64,000 nucleotides of DNA from contig NC_092674.1 of assembly GCF_964355755.1 (NCBI RefSeq), forward strand, positions 19,406,001-19,470,000, in the 5' to 3' direction. The notes under the pieces are model-generated. The model searched no databases. It saw only the letters and a program-made list of their open reading frames with translations, and was not told the origin of the DNA. The translations under genes and the position numbers were made by a program. The first letter of the stretch is position 1, and every line of letters begins with the position of its first letter. Origin of the DNA: Antedon mediterranea. Its lineage: Eukaryota > Animalia > Echinodermata. Below are positions 13,108 through 26,229 of this stretch, in pieces.

Positions 13108-16100
13108 CTAACTACATGAACTGCGGCTGAGATAATCCGCACCTACGTTATCGCTACCTTTGATAGCTTCAATTCGGAACCTGTATGGCTGGAGCGCCAG
13201 TGCCCAGCGCATTATTCTACCATTCGCTAATTTAGCTTTTTGCATGTAAACAAGGGGTTGATGGTCAGTTTCTAAGGTAAATTCTCGACCATATAGGTAT
13301 GTTTCAAACTTACGTACACTCCAAATTATTGATAAACATTCCTTCTCCATAATAGAGTACGCTTTTTCCCGGGGTAGTAACTTCTTGCTGGCATAAGCCA
13401 CAGGGAATTTTTCATTTCCATAATTTTGCAGGAGTACTGCTCCGATTCCCTCGTCACAGGCGTCTGTTCGCAGAATAAACGGTTTACTTAAATCTGGTAG
13501 ACAAAGAATAGGTTTACTGGTTAGTTTTGACTTAAGTGTTTTGAAGGCATTTTCTTGACTTACCTCCCATCGTATCTTGTTTGGTTCTTGATTCTTTGTT
13601 CGATCCGTTAATGGAGACGCAATAGCAGAATAGTGTGGTATGAACCGACGATAATAATTAGTTGTTCCTAGGAATGATCGCAGTTGCTTTTTGGTTTCTG
13701 GTCGTTTTGCTTGAACGATGCTTTGAATTTTCTCAGGTCGTGGTTTCAGATGACCCTTCCCAACAACATGGCCCAAAAATTCAATAGATTCGTATCCGAT
13801 GAAACACTTACTTGGTCTTGCTGTTAAATTAGCTGCTCGTAGACGACGAAATAATTCTTTTAGAATTGTTACATGTTCTTCCCAAGAAGATGTATGTATT
13901 AAGATATCATCGATATAATTTATGGTATTCTTCATTCCATGAAGTAATTTCCTCATTATTCTACTAAACGTAGCCGGGGCGTTTACCAAACCAAAGGGCA
14001 TAACTTTAAATTGGAACAAACCGTTGGGCGTTACAAATGATGTAAGTTGTTTGGAACGTTCATCCATCGGTACCTGCCAATAACCTTTACTAAGATCTAG
14101 TTTTGTGAAATAATTATCAGTGGCTAATTTTGTAAATAACTCATCTTGGTCAGGTATTGGTTCTGCATCAAACACGGTGCTTTGGTTCACCTTCCTGAAA
14201 TCCACACAGAATCTATTTGATCCATCCGGTTTTTTAACCAAAACAATTGGAGAAGCACATGGAGCGCATGATGGTTCAATTACCCCCATGTTTAACATCA
14301 TACTCACTTCATCTTTCACTGTATCCCGCAATGCGTGTGGTAATGGGTATGGTTTGGTTCGAATAGGCTCATCTGTACGAAGTTTTATGTCATGGTTGCC
14401 CAGAGTGGTTTTACCCGGTAAATCTGTGAGAACGTCCCTATAATTTGCAATAAGACGCTTTACCTCTTTTCTACCCATTTCATCACAATCGTCACTAATG
14501 TGGACATCGGCGATAGTTTCTTTAGCCTGCAAAGGATGAAGCTGCAAAAGGTTATCATTGGTCATTTGTAAAGCAATTGGAGCATCACTTACCATATCCT
14601 CACTTTCGATTACAGAAGTACATGCTACTTCCAGCGCCCCCTGTGAAACATCCGATTGGAACTCAGCTAGCGCAGCTCCAGATACATCTTGACGTTCATG
14701 ATATCGTTTAAGAAGATTTGCATGAAATGTTTTTAACTTCCCATTCAGATCTATGCGGTAATCTAAATACCCCATTTTAGCTATGATTGGAAACGGCCCT
14801 TTCCACTGAAGTAGAAGTTTGTTTCGGTCAGTTGGAAGTAAAAGCAAAACCTTATCACCTACTTGGAATTCTCGTGCTCGACTTTTCTTGTCGTAATACT
14901 TCTTGTATCTCCCTTTTGCTTTTTGTAGATTCTTTTGTGCAACTGCACACGTTTCGTTCAATCGTTCCTTTAAGTCTAGAACATATTGATAAGTGGTCTT
15001 GGTTTCTGGCGTGTGAACTTCCCCTGTCCATAACTCTCTTAAAATGGTCATAGGGCCTCGAAGGTTACGTCCATATAGAAGTTCAAAGGGTGAAAACCCA
15101 AGACTTTCTTGTGGAGACTCTCTAATGGCAAATAACAGAGGATCTATATACCTATCCCAGTCGCTGGGTCGTTCCGCACACATCCGTTTTAGCATCTGTT
15201 TCAACGTGCCATTAAATCGTTCAACAAGACCATTGCAGGCTGGATGATACGGTGAAGTCATCATTTGCTTAATAGACAGTAGTTTGCATACTTGTTTCAT
15301 CACCTCTGAAGTGAATTGTGACCCTTGATCCGTCAGCATTTCCTTCGGAATTCCAATTCTAGAAAAGACTTTGACTAAACCTTCCGCAACACGTTCAGCT
15401 TCTATACTTGGTAAAGCGATGGCTTCCGGGTACCTGGTAGCAAAATCTATTATAGTTAGAATGTATCTATTTCTATTTTTAGAGATAGGATGAATTGGAC
15501 CAACGATATCGACAGCTATGCGTTCAAATGGTGCTTCGATTAAAGGCATATTACCTAAAGGAACTTTGGCTACTCTACCTTTTTCAACGGTCCTTTGACA
15601 GATATCACAGGAACGGCAATATCTGGTAATGTCGGCGGTTATCCCTGGCCAATGGAAGTTCGTTAAGACTTTGTCGGTGGTTTTCTTGGCACCTTGATGG
15701 CCGCCTAATAATGATTCGTGCGCCTGTCGCATTACTTGATGTCGCAAAGACTTTGGGACAACGAGTTGAGTAAATATATTTCCATGTTCAACTGACGGAG
15801 AGCTGAATTGCCTATACAAAAGATTATTTTTATAGAAGAAATGAGAAGTTGCATTACTTTTACTTACGCGAACACCTTCATTTTCTGCCAGTTCTTTCGC
15901 TTTCCGGAGTGTTACATCTGTATTTTGTGCGTTCCTTAAATTCTCAACGGTAATGACTTGATCGACTGCTTCTAGAGTTTTGAGTGATTTAAATGGTTTA
16001 GATTGTGTTATAGCTTGTGCCCGAGTAGTGACTGCACATGCTGGGACGTTTCGTCCTGTCCACGTTTTGTCGGGATCATCCGGAGACCGAACACCTTCTA

Positions 16101-17658
16101 TATTCCCTAATATAAGATCAAAAATTGGATTATCCATACATAACGCTTGAGTCATACCTGTAAAATAAGGAGTATTTACTTGTATTGTAGCGAGCGGCAG
16201 CCTTCTCACAGTACCGTCAATTAACACACATGTTTTCACGTTACCAGTAAATTGATCTGGGGATACATAACACTGTTTTATGACAACGCCACTGCAACCA
16301 CTATCCCGTAAGACTGTTACCTTGTGTTGCCCAACCAATCCAGGAGAAACAGGCATACTTCCTGGACCAGATCCCTTCCACGCTGCACTCATGATAGGAA
16401 GAAGATTACCACATTTTAAAGTTACATAACTAGATTTGTTATCCATACAACAACTATTCAATTTATGAGGGTTTGAATTAATTATCATACCTCCACAATT
16501 TTCCGGGGTTTGGAAAGGATTAGGGTTAACTGTACAATTGGATTGTTCCTGCTGTAAAATTAAAGACTTGGGTTCCTCATGAGGGGGACCAGTATATGGG
16601 TTACGTAATCCAGCACATTTATCTACATCTTGTCTACAATTTTTTGCCAAGTGACCCTTTCTATGACATCTAAAACATGTAAGGCCGGTGTTTGGTTTAA
16701 AAGCAGTTGTGGCCCGACAATTTCTTGCTAAATGTCCTACCCGATGACAGAGAAAACAAGTAATGGGATTTGACCTAACTTGGGGATTATTAATGATGGG
16801 TACCGGTTCTTGGGTTACCTGTCTATGAGTGGTGGTAGGCAATCTTTTTGCTGCTATTATATTTCCGAACATACCTCCTCGTGCTTCTAGGTACTGCTCA
16901 GCAATATCAGCCATTTCACCGATAGTTTTTGGCTGACGTTCCCGAAGAAATAACGCTAACTCTCGACCACATCCATCAGTAAACTGCTCTCTCAATAGAA
17001 GGTCTTTCAGTCCATCATATGATTGTGTTGCTTCTGCCAATTCAATCCACCTGGTAAGATAATTTTCTATCCTTGCTGCGAACTGATGACCACTTTCTCC
17101 TGTCTCTGGTTTCGCCAATCGAAGTTTATTTCGGAACCCATCTGCCGTTAACTGAAATCTTTTCAGAAGTGCTGTTTTCAATGTCCGGTAATTATCTGCA
17201 TCCTCTGTGGAAAGTCTAGAATACACTTCGAGAGATTTTCCCGTTAGTAAAGCACTTAAATTTATAGCCCAGTATTCAACACTCCATCCCTGACTAACTG
17301 CATATCTTTCATATCGTTTCAAATAGGAATCCAGGTCATCCTTTCCTTCATTGAAAGCGGGCAACTTGGGAGTTCGAGCATTTATCTTATTGGTGTTTGG
17401 GTCGCATGTTTTAACTCTAGGAGTGTCCCCTCCCTCTAATTTAACCTTTTCTAACATTAACTGCATTTCTAATATCTGTTGGTCATTTCTGCGCAATTCT
17501 AATTGGTGAGCCCTCCCCTCTCGTTCCTCCTTCTGCTTTTCTTTCTTTTCAAATTCCTCACTTTTCTCTCTCTCACTGACAAACTCTCGCAATTCCATGC
17601 CGCTATAACCCAACGCCTTACCAGCCTCCACGAGCCTTTCAAGATCCATGATGCACAC
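13108..17658 (-). CDS. Gag-Pol polyprotein, order Gag(2x CCHC)-protease-integrase-RT-RNase H
   Basis: Zinc knuckles CFLCHRVGHLARNC and CFRCHRKGHLAKNC. Protease LRDSGC. Integrase HHCC plus VDIVGP/TDQG/VERFNGTLK and WKGPF. RT LDLSKGYWQ and YIDD. RNase H TDACDEGIGAVL. Confidence 0.97.
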   Translation of the reverse strand: MCIMDLERLVEAGKALGYSGMELREFVSEREKSEEFEKKEKQKEEREGRAHQLELRRNDQQILEMQLMLEKVKLEGGDTPRVKTCDPNTNKINARTPKLPAFNEGKDDLDSYLKRYERYAVSQGWSVEYWAINLSALLTGKSLEVYSRLSTEDADNYRTLKTALLKRFQLTADGFRNKLRLAKPETGESGHQFAARIENYLTRWIELAEATQSYDGLKDLLLREQFTDGCGRELALFLRERQPKTIGEMADIAEQYLEARGGMFGNIIAAKRLPTTTHRQVTQEPVPIINNPQVRSNPITCFLCHRVGHLARNCRATTAFKPNTGLTCFRCHRKGHLAKNCRQDVDKCAGLRNPYTGPPHEEPKSLILQQEQSNCTVNPNPFQTPENCGGMIINSNPHKLNSCCMDNKSSYVTLKCGNLLPIMSAAWKGSGPGSMPVSPGLVGQHKVTVLRDSGCSGVVIKQCYVSPDQFTGNVKTCVLIDGTVRRLPLATIQVNTPYFTGMTQALCMDNPIFDLILGNIEGVRSPDDPDKTWTGRNVPACAVTTRAQAITQSKPFKSLKTLEAVDQVITVENLRNAQNTDVTLRKAKELAENEGVRVSKSNATSHFFYKNNLLYRQFSSPSVEHGNIFTQLVVPKSLRHQVMRQAHESLLGGHQGAKKTTDKVLTNFHWPGITADITRYCRSCDICQRTVEKGRVAKVPLGNMPLIEAPFERIAVDIVGPIHPISKNRNRYILTIIDFATRYPEAIALPSIEAERVAEGLVKVFSRIGIPKEMLTDQGSQFTSEVMKQVCKLLSIKQMMTSPYHPACNGLVERFNGTLKQMLKRMCAERPSDWDRYIDPLLFAIRESPQESLGFSPFELLYGRNLRGPMTILRELWTGEVHTPETKTTYQYVLDLKERLNETCAVAQKNLQKAKGRYKKYYDKKSRAREFQVGDKVLLLLPTDRNKLLLQWKGPFPIIAKMGYLDYRIDLNGKLKTFHANLLKRYHERQDVSGAALAEFQSDVSQGALEVACTSVIESEDMVSDAPIALQMTNDNLLQLHPLQAKETIADVHISDDCDEMGRKEVKRLIANYRDVLTDLPGKTTLGNHDIKLRTDEPIRTKPYPLPHALRDTVKDEVSMMLNMGVIEPSCAPCASPIVLVKKPDGSNRFCVDFRKVNQSTVFDAEPIPDQDELFTKLATDNYFTKLDLSKGYWQVPMDERSKQLTSFVTPNGLFQFKVMPFGLVNAPATFSRIMRKLLHGMKNTINYIDDILIHTSSWEEHVTILKELFRRLRAANLTARPSKCFIGYESIEFLGHVVGKGHLKPRPEKIQSIVQAKRPETKKQLRSFLGTTNYYRRFIPHYSAIASPLTDRTKNQEPNKIRWEVSQENAFKTLKSKLTSKPILCLPDLSKPFILRTDACDEGIGAVLLQNYGNEKFPVAYASKKLLPREKAYSIMEKECLSIIWSVRKFETYLYGREFTLETDHQPLVYMQKAKLANGRIMRWALALQPYRFRIEAIKGSDNVGADYLSRSSCS

Positions 17659-17747
17659 TGTAGCCTTATCGTTTTCAATATCTGTAATAAGAACACTAAA
17701 ATACTGTTATTTTTTTTCTGTATATTTTTTTTTTAAGATTGGCAATT

Positions 17748-17764
17748 TCCCGGACGAGCCCCCA
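17748..17764 (-). promoter_or_regulatory. Primer-binding site, tRNA-Pro
   Basis: Minus strand reads TGGGGGCTCGTCCGGGA, complementary to the tRNA-Pro 3' end (same as the MLV PBS), 4 nt from the 5' LTR. Confidence 0.93.
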
Positions 17765-17768
17765 TAAA

Positions 17769-19275
17769 TGTCACGAAACCTTGCCAATTTAGTTATACAG
17801 AAAACAATTACAAATTACTTCAAGAACTTCTATCGTTATTTTAATTATTTTTTTTCCCTTTTCTTTTAAACATTTATACCTCAGGCTCAAACGAGCATTC
17901 ATATGAAGTTTCACATTTAACCATTCAATAACATCTAATAAATAAATACCCGTTAACAATAAACACATAAATAAATATCTTACAAGTTCCCTTTACTCCC
18001 TCAATTATCTCTAGAGATGGCCTTTACCCCTTTCCTAATACTCAAAACCCAATTAAATACAATAAACAAATAAATGAATACAACAATAATTAAATAATTA
18101 CTTCTATTCCAAATACACTCTACCCTAATTCCCCTATACGTATACTTGCATCATCGTTACACTTTACAATATTATTCAATTAATTTCATCAATATAAATC
18201 TCGAATTACCCTCTTAAATTACTATCCCCATTCCCTATGATCCAATTAATACAACACTTTCTCTATCTCGTCTTATATACTTCGATTATAAATCATTCAT
18301 CTTCTAATATATTTTAGCCACTAATTTTATCAATTTGTCTTATTTATGTTCGCTTCTTTTCCACATAATTATATAATACTCGTTAATTCATAATTCAGTA
18401 TCTATTCCATATTTATAATAACAAAACTTTGTTTCACACTATTTCTTAAATTCGTACCTTATTCTATTCTTTTCCACACATATAATATTCGTTATTTCAT
18501 AATTCATCTATCTATGCCATATATATAATTACAATAAGTTGTTTCACAATATTTCTTAAATTCATATACTACTCTATTCTTTTCCACACATATAATATTT
18601 GTTATTTCATAATTCATCTATCTATTCCATATATATATAATTACAATAAGTTTACACGTTGACAATGCCATGTAAGTTCCAATCAGGTGGCTATTTCACA
18701 CACCAGTAGCCGTTGTATATAACATTCCACGCATTATTTCTGTAACCGTCCTTCTTTTCTTTAACGTCTTTCTTTAATGTCTCCAATTCAAAGGTGTGTC
18801 GTACTAGTAGTAAGTTTTTCCTTTCCGTCTCGTTCAATTCCAATATCGTTACTATTCCGTACTCACAAGTGTTCTGGTTGTCAGAGTCCTTTAGTTATAA
18901 ATTCAATTAGTCAATCCGTTCTTCAATGTAGCCTACCACTCAATTAACAGTCGTAAAAAGAGACCTCAAATTAGAAATTAAGGAGTTATTTATTACACGA
19001 CTACAATATCGCTGAAGTGTGCATCAAATATCTATATCTCTTACTTTGTGGTTTTCTTTATTTTCTCCGCTTAGCAACTTATCAATGCAACAATAGTAGT
19101 TTGCCACACCCAATCAAGAAATGCAACACTCAGCTTACTCCCAACTCCTTGTTTTCAACCTCGCGCCGTTCCCGCACACACTTTATATATCAACCCATCA
19201 TCCAATAAGAGGCCGCTACGCATGAATGACCCCCTCATACGGTACAATGGAACAAAAATAAAATCACTTGTGACA
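17769..19275 (-). repeat. 5' LTR of element 1
   Basis: TGTCACG...TGTGACA, adjacent to the PBS. Confidence 0.97.
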
Positions 19276-22200
19276 TACATTTCAAACCCAAAATTAAAAC
19301 TTTTTTTTAGACAACTTCTAATGTTTATTAAAATGTGCTTTTTCATTTTTTTTTCAGTTACTGCTGTGGTTTTAGACATCCTCCACTTCACATACAAGTT
19401 AATGGCTTATTAATAATTAAGGTAATCAGTAAACTCATTATAAATGTTTTGCTTTAATTTACTAACAATGTTTCATTTATCTACTAACCATACATAAACA
19501 CACTCACACACCAACATACACAAAACACCTTTTAGAATAGCTTGTATTTAATGTAGAACAAATTAAATCTTCTTGTACTAGACTAAAGTTAAACACAGAA
19601 ATGCAATCAGTTTAGTTAATTACTGTAGGGAAAAATTAAAAACAGCAATACAGTTCAGTTAGTTGCTGTAGGACAAAATTAAACTAAGGAATACAGTTTA
19701 GTTTAGTTATTTACTGTAAGGAAAAATTAGAAGCAGCAATGTAGTTTAGTTGGTTGTAGAACATATTTAAACAGGGGAATACAGTTCAGTTTAGTTATTT
19801 TCTGTATAGGAAAACAATTAAAAACATCAATTCAGTTTAGTATAGTTTAGTTAATTGTACTGTAGGACAAATTTAAACACAGCAATGGAATTTAGTTGGT
19901 TGTGAAACAAAAGTGAACATAGTTTAGTTTGGTTAATTGTTGTAGGACAAATGTAGACACAACAATGTAGTTTAGTTTAGTTGTTTGTAGAACACAATTA
20001 AACCGAGCAATTCAGTTTAGTTAAGTTGGTTGTAGAACAAAATTAAACCGAGCAATTCAATTTATCTATTGAACAACCCAATAATACAGGACATTCAAGT
20101 AGTTAGACATGTGTAGGGGTACAGTTATTATATAACCTATTTAGGAGTACATATATTTGACAACTCTAAAATTATAATTGGTTGAGAAATCATCTATTGA
20201 ACAACCCAATAGCCATTCAAGTAGTTAGACATGTTTAAGAGTACAGTTATTATAGAACACAATTAAGAGTAATTATTTTAAAAAAATCTGAAAGTATAAT
20301 TGGTTGAGAAATCATCTATTGAAAAACTCAATAATACAGAACATTCAAGTAGTTAGACATGTGTAGGGGTACAGTTTTTATAGAACACAATTAAGAGTAA
20401 ATTGTAGTTTTTATCAATTGGTTGTAGAAGAAATTTAAACACAGCAATGCAGTTTAGGTTAGTTAGTTGTTTATGGCAAAATTAAACACAGGATTGCAGT
20501 TCAGTTTAGTTGGTTGTAGAAGAAATTTAAACACAGCAATGCAGTTCAGTTTAGTTAGTTGTTTAGGGCAAAATAAAACAACAAATCTAACAGTGTAATT
20601 GGTTGAGAAATCATCTATTGAACAACTCAATAATACAGAACATTCAAGTAGTTAGACATGTGTAGGGGAACAGTTTTTATAGAACACAATTAAGAGTACA
20701 TTGTAGTTTGATCTATTGGTTGTAGGATAAATTTAAACACAGCAATGCAGTTCAGTTTAGTTAGTTGTTTAGGGCAAAATAAAACAACAAATCTAACAGT
20801 GTAATTGGTTGAGAAATCATCTATTGAACAACTCAATAATACAGGACATTCAAGTAGTTAGACATGTCTGGGGGGACAGTTATTATAGAACACAATTAAG
20901 AGTAAATTGTAGTTTTTTATCAATTGGTTGTAGAAGAAATTTAAACACAGCAATGCAGTTCAGGTTAGTTAGTTGTTTAGGGCAAAATTAAACACAGGAT
21001 TGCAGTTCAGTTTAGTTGGTTGTAGGTGAAATTTAAACACAGCAATACAGTTCAGTTTAGTTAGTTGTTTAGGGCAAAATAAAACAGCAAATCTAACAGT
21101 GTAATTGGTTGAGAAATCATCTATTGGACAACACAATAAAACAGGACATTCAAGTAGTTAGACATGTGTAGGAGGACAGTTATTATAGAACACAATTAGG
21201 AGTACATATTTTAGACAAATCTAAAAGTATAATTGATTGAAAAATTATCTATTGAACAACTCAACAATACATGACATTAAAGTAGTCAGACATGTGTAGG
21301 GGTACAGTTATTATAGAACACAATTAAGAGTACATATTTTAGACAAATCTAAAAGTATAATTGATTGAAAAATTATCTATTGAACAACTCAACAATACAT
21401 GACATTAAAGTAGTCAGACATGTGTAGGGGTACAGTTATTATAGAACACAATTAAGAGTACATATTTTAGACAAATCTAAAAGTCTAATTGATTCAGAAA
21501 TTATCTATTGAACAACTCAACAATACAGGACATTAAAGTAGTCAGACAAGTGTAGGGGTACAGTTATTATAGAGCACAATTAAGAGTACATATTTTAGAC
21601 AAATCTAAAAGTCTAATTGATTGAGAAATTATCTATTGAACAACTCAACAATACAGGACATTAAAGTAGTCAGACAAGTGTAGGGGTACAGTTATTATAG
21701 AGCACAATTAAGAGTACATATTTTAGACAAATCTAACAGTACTATTTGTTTAAAAATCATCTATTGAACAACCCAATAATACAGGACATTCAAGTAGTTA
21801 GACATGTGTAGGGGTACAGTTATTATAGAACACAATTAAGAGTATATTGTAGTTTTTATCAATTGGTTGTAGAAGAAATTTAAACACAGCAATGCAGTTT
21901 AGGTTAGTTAGTTGTTTATGGCAAAATTAAACACAGGAATCCAGTTCAGTTTAGTTAGTTGTAGAAGAAATTTAAACACAGCAATGCAGTTCAGTTTAGT
22001 TAGTTGTTTAGGGAAAAATTAAACACAGGATTGCAGTTCAGTTTAGTTGGAATTGTAGGTGAAATATAAACACAGCAATACAGTTCAGTTTAGTTGTTTA
22101 GGGCAAAATAAAACAACAAATCTAACAGTGTAATTGGTTGAGAAATCATCTATTGAACAACTCAATAATACAGAACATTGAAGTAGTTAGACATGTGTAG

Positions 22201-24768
22201 GGGTACAGTTATTTTAGAACACAATTAAGAGTACATATTTTAGACAAATATAAAAGTCTAATTGATTGAGAAATTATCTATTGAACAACTCAACAATACA
22301 GGACATTAAAGTTATAGTCAGACATATGTAGGGGTACAGTTATTATAGAGCACAATTAAGAGTACATTGTAGTTTGATCTATTGGTTGTAGGATAAATTT
22401 AAACACAGCAATGCAGTTCAGTTTAGTTAGTTGTTTAGGGCAAAATAAAACAACAAATCTAACAGTGTAATTGGTTGAGAAATCATCTATTGAACAACTC
22501 AATAATACAGAACATTCAAGTAGTTAGACATGTCTGGGGGGACAGTTATTATAGAACACAATTAAGAGTAAATTGTAGTTTTTTATCAATTGGTTGTAGA
22601 AGAGATTTAAACACAGCAATGCAGTTCAGGTTAGTTAGTTGTTTAGGGCAAAATTAAACACAGGATTGCAGTTCAGTTTAGTTGGTTGTAGAAGAAATTT
22701 AAACACAGCAATGCAGTTTAGGTTAGTTAGTTGTTTATGGCAAAATTAAACACAGGAATCCAGTTCAGTTTAGTTAGTTGTAGAAGAAATTTAAACACAG
22801 CAATGCAGTTCAGTTTAGTTAGTTGTTTAGGGCAAAATTAAACACAGGATTGCAGTTCAGTTTAGTTGGAATTGTAGGTGAAATATAAACACAGCAATAC
22901 AGTTCAGTTTAGTTAGTTGTTTAGGGCAAAATAAAACAACAAATCTAACAGTGTAATTGGTTGAGAAATCATCTATTGAACAACTCAATAATACAGAACA
23001 TTCAAGTAGTTAGACATGTGTATGGGTACAGTTATTTTAGAACACAATTAAGAGTAAATTGTAGTTTTATCAATTGGTTGTAGAAGAAATTTAAACACAG
23101 CAATACAGTTCAGTTTAGTTAGTTGTTTAGGGCAAAATAAACAGCAAATCTAACATTGTAATTGGTTGAGAAATCATCTATTGAACAACTCAATAATACA
23201 GAACATTCAGGTAGTTAGACATGTCTGGGGGGACAGTTATTATAGAACACAATTAAGAGTAAATTGTAGTTTTTATCAATTGGTTGTAGAAGAAATTTAA
23301 ACACAGCAATGCAGTTCAGGTTAGTTAGTTGTTTAGGGCAAAATTAAACACAGAATTGCAGTTCAGTTTAGTTGGTTGTAGGTGAAATTTAAACACAGCA
23401 ATACAGTTCAGTTTAGTTAGTTGTTTAGGGCAAAATAAAACATCAAATCTAACAGTGTAATTGGTTGAGAAATCATCTATTGGACAACACAATAATACAG
23501 GACATTCAAGTAGTTAGACATGTGTAGGGGGGCAGTTATTATAGAACACAATTAGGAGTACATATTTTAGGCAAATCTAAAAGTATAATTGATTGAAAAA
23601 TTATCTATTGAACAACTCAACAATACAGGACATTAAAGTAGTCAGACATGTGTAGGGGTACAGTTATTATAGAACACAATTAAGAGTACATATTTTAGAC
23701 AAATCTAAAAGTCTAATTGATTGAGAAATTATCTATTGAACAACTCAACAATACAGGACATTAAAGTAGTCAGACATGTGTAGGGGTACAGTTATTATAG
23801 AGCACAATTAAGAGTACATTGTAGTTTGATCTATTGGTTGTAGGATAAATTTAAACACAGCAATGCAGTTCAGTTTAGTTAGTTGTTTAGGGCAAAATAA
23901 GACAACAAATCTAACAGTGTAATTGGTTGAGAAATCATCTATTGAACAACTCAATGATACAGAACATTCAGGTAGTTAGACATGTCTGGGGGGACAGTTA
24001 TTATGGAACACAATTAAGAGTAAATTGTAGTTTTTATCAATTGGTTTTAGAAGAAATTTAAACACAGCAATGCAGTTCAGGTTAGTTAGTTGTTTAGGGC
24101 AAAATTAAACACAGGATTGCAGCTCAGTTTAGTTGGTTGTAGGTGAAATTTAAACACAGCAATACAGTTCAGTTTAGTTGGTTGTAGGTGAAATTTAAAC
24201 AGTGTAAGTGTAATTGGTTGAGAAATCATCTATTGGACAACACAATAATACAGGACATTCAAGTAGTTAGACATGTGTAGGGGGGCAGTTATTATAGAAC
24301 ACAATTAGGAGTACATATTTTAGACAAATCTAAAAGTATAATTGATTGAACAATTATCTATTGAACAACTCAACAATACAGGACATTAAAGTAGTCAGAC
24401 ATGTGTAGGGGTACAGTTATTATAGAACACAATTAAGAGTACATATTTTAGACAAATCTAAAAAGTCTAATTGATTTAGAAATTATCTATTGAACAACTC
24501 AACAATACAGGACATTAAAGTAGTCAGACATGTGTAGGGGTACAGTTATTATAGAGCACAATTAAGAGTACATATTTTAGACAAATCTAACAGTACTATT
24601 TGTTGAAAAATCATCTATTGAACAACCCAATAATACAGGACATTCAAGTAGTTAGACATGTGTAGGGGTACAGTTATTATAGAACACAATTAAGAGTACA
24701 TTGTAGTTTGATCTATTGGTTGTAGGATAAATTTAAACACAGCAATGCAGTTCAGTTTAGTTAGTTGT

Positions 24769-25271
24769 TGTAGTGAATTTATCTTTAGTTGGTTCCGAGC
24801 TTTCTCAGGCGTATATCCACTCGACGTACACAGCTGTCGTTCCGAGCTTTCTCAGGCGTATATATTTCCACGCGACGTACACATTTCCACGCGACGTACA
24901 CAGCTGTCACTGAATGATAACTCATACAAAAAGTATATTTAACTCAACTAGAACTTTTATTCCTTGTAATTCGATTAATACATCTTTCTACCACTACCAG
25001 TCAAGCCTTAATATTCTCTTTATCATCTTTCCGTTTATCTACTCTGATCTTATTCTCTCTTCTCGTTTATCTACTCTGACCTTATTCTCTCTTCTCCCCT
25101 TAATATCTATTACATTCCACTTTTATACTGGATATGCAAATTTTAGGCTTCAGAGGAGGATAACATTTTCCCTCCAATAATTATACGATTTTGATTGGCT
25201 AATAATAAGGCGGACCTGGTCTAAAGCATCCTTCTCTAAACACAGAGAATTACAACATACATAATATGACA
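24769..25271 (-). mobile_element. Solo LTR related to element 2
   Basis: Diverged reverse complement of the 27838-28321 LTR. TG...CA ends. 5-bp TSD GTTGT at 24764-24768 and 25272-25276. Confidence 0.93.
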
Positions 25272-26229
25272 GTTGTTTAGGGCAAAATTAAACACAGGAT
25301 TGCAGTTTAGTTTAGTTGGTTGTAGAAGAAATTTAAACACAGCAATGCAGTTCATGTTAGTTAGTTGTTTAGGGCAAAATTAAACACAGGATTGCAGTTT
25401 AGTTTAGTTGGTTGTAGGTGAAATTTAAACACAGCAATACAGTTCAGTTTAGTTAGTTGTTTAAGGCAAAATAAAACAGCAAATCTAACAGTGTAATTGG
25501 TTGAGAAATCATCTATTGGACAACACAATAATACAGGACATTCAAGTAGTTAGACATGTGTAGGGGTACAGTTATTATATAACCCATTTTGGAGTACATA
25601 TTGACAACTCTAACAGTATAATTGGTTGAGAAATCATCTATTCAACAACCAAATGGACATTCAAGTAGACATGTGTAAGGATACAGTTATTATAGAACAC
25701 AATTAAGAGTACATATTTTAGACAAATCTAACAGAATAATAATACAGGACATTCAAGTAGTTAGACATGTGTAGGGGTAATAGTTATTATAGAACACAAT
25801 TAAGATTACATATTTTAGAAAAATCTAACAGTATAATTGGTTGAGACATTTTTGGTTGTAGGACACAATCATAGCAGTTCAGTTCAGTTTAGTTGGTTGT
25901 AGAACAAAATTAAACAGAGCAATTCAGTTTAGTTTAGTTGGTTGTAGGACAAAATTAAACACAGCAGCTTAGTTTAGTTTAGTTGGTTATAGAACACAAT
26001 TTAACACAGCAGCACAGTTTAGTTTAGTAATTAAACAGAGAAATTTAGTTTAGTTGGTTTTAGGACACAATTAAACACAGCAGTTTAGTTTAGTTTAGAA
26101 CAAAATAAACAGAGAAATTCAGTTTAGTTTAGTTGGTTGTAGGACACAATTTAACAGAGTAATTAAGTTTATTTTATTTGGTTGTAGAACAACATTAAAC
26201 ACAGCAATTCTAATTTAGCTTAGTTGGCT

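Larger units (their letters stand above)
11558..19275 (-). mobile_element. Intact Gmr1-like Ty3/Gypsy LTR retrotransposon (element 1)
   Basis: Two 1507-bp TG...CA LTRs. 5-bp TSD TACAT at 11553-11557 and 19276-19280. The empty site is visible at 1089-1093. PBS, PPT and a single long ORF are present. Confidence 0.97.

Noticed and set aside
12806-13130. Small ORFs in the element 1 LTRs (also 19017-19413) and antisense ORFs within pol genes
   Set aside because: No motifs; they are explained by LTR duplication or as shadow frames.
13108-17658. Copia assignment based on integrase preceding RT
   Set aside because: RT and RNase H motifs and the GPF integrase tail are Gypsy-type. This order is the known Gmr1 arrangement and is not novel.
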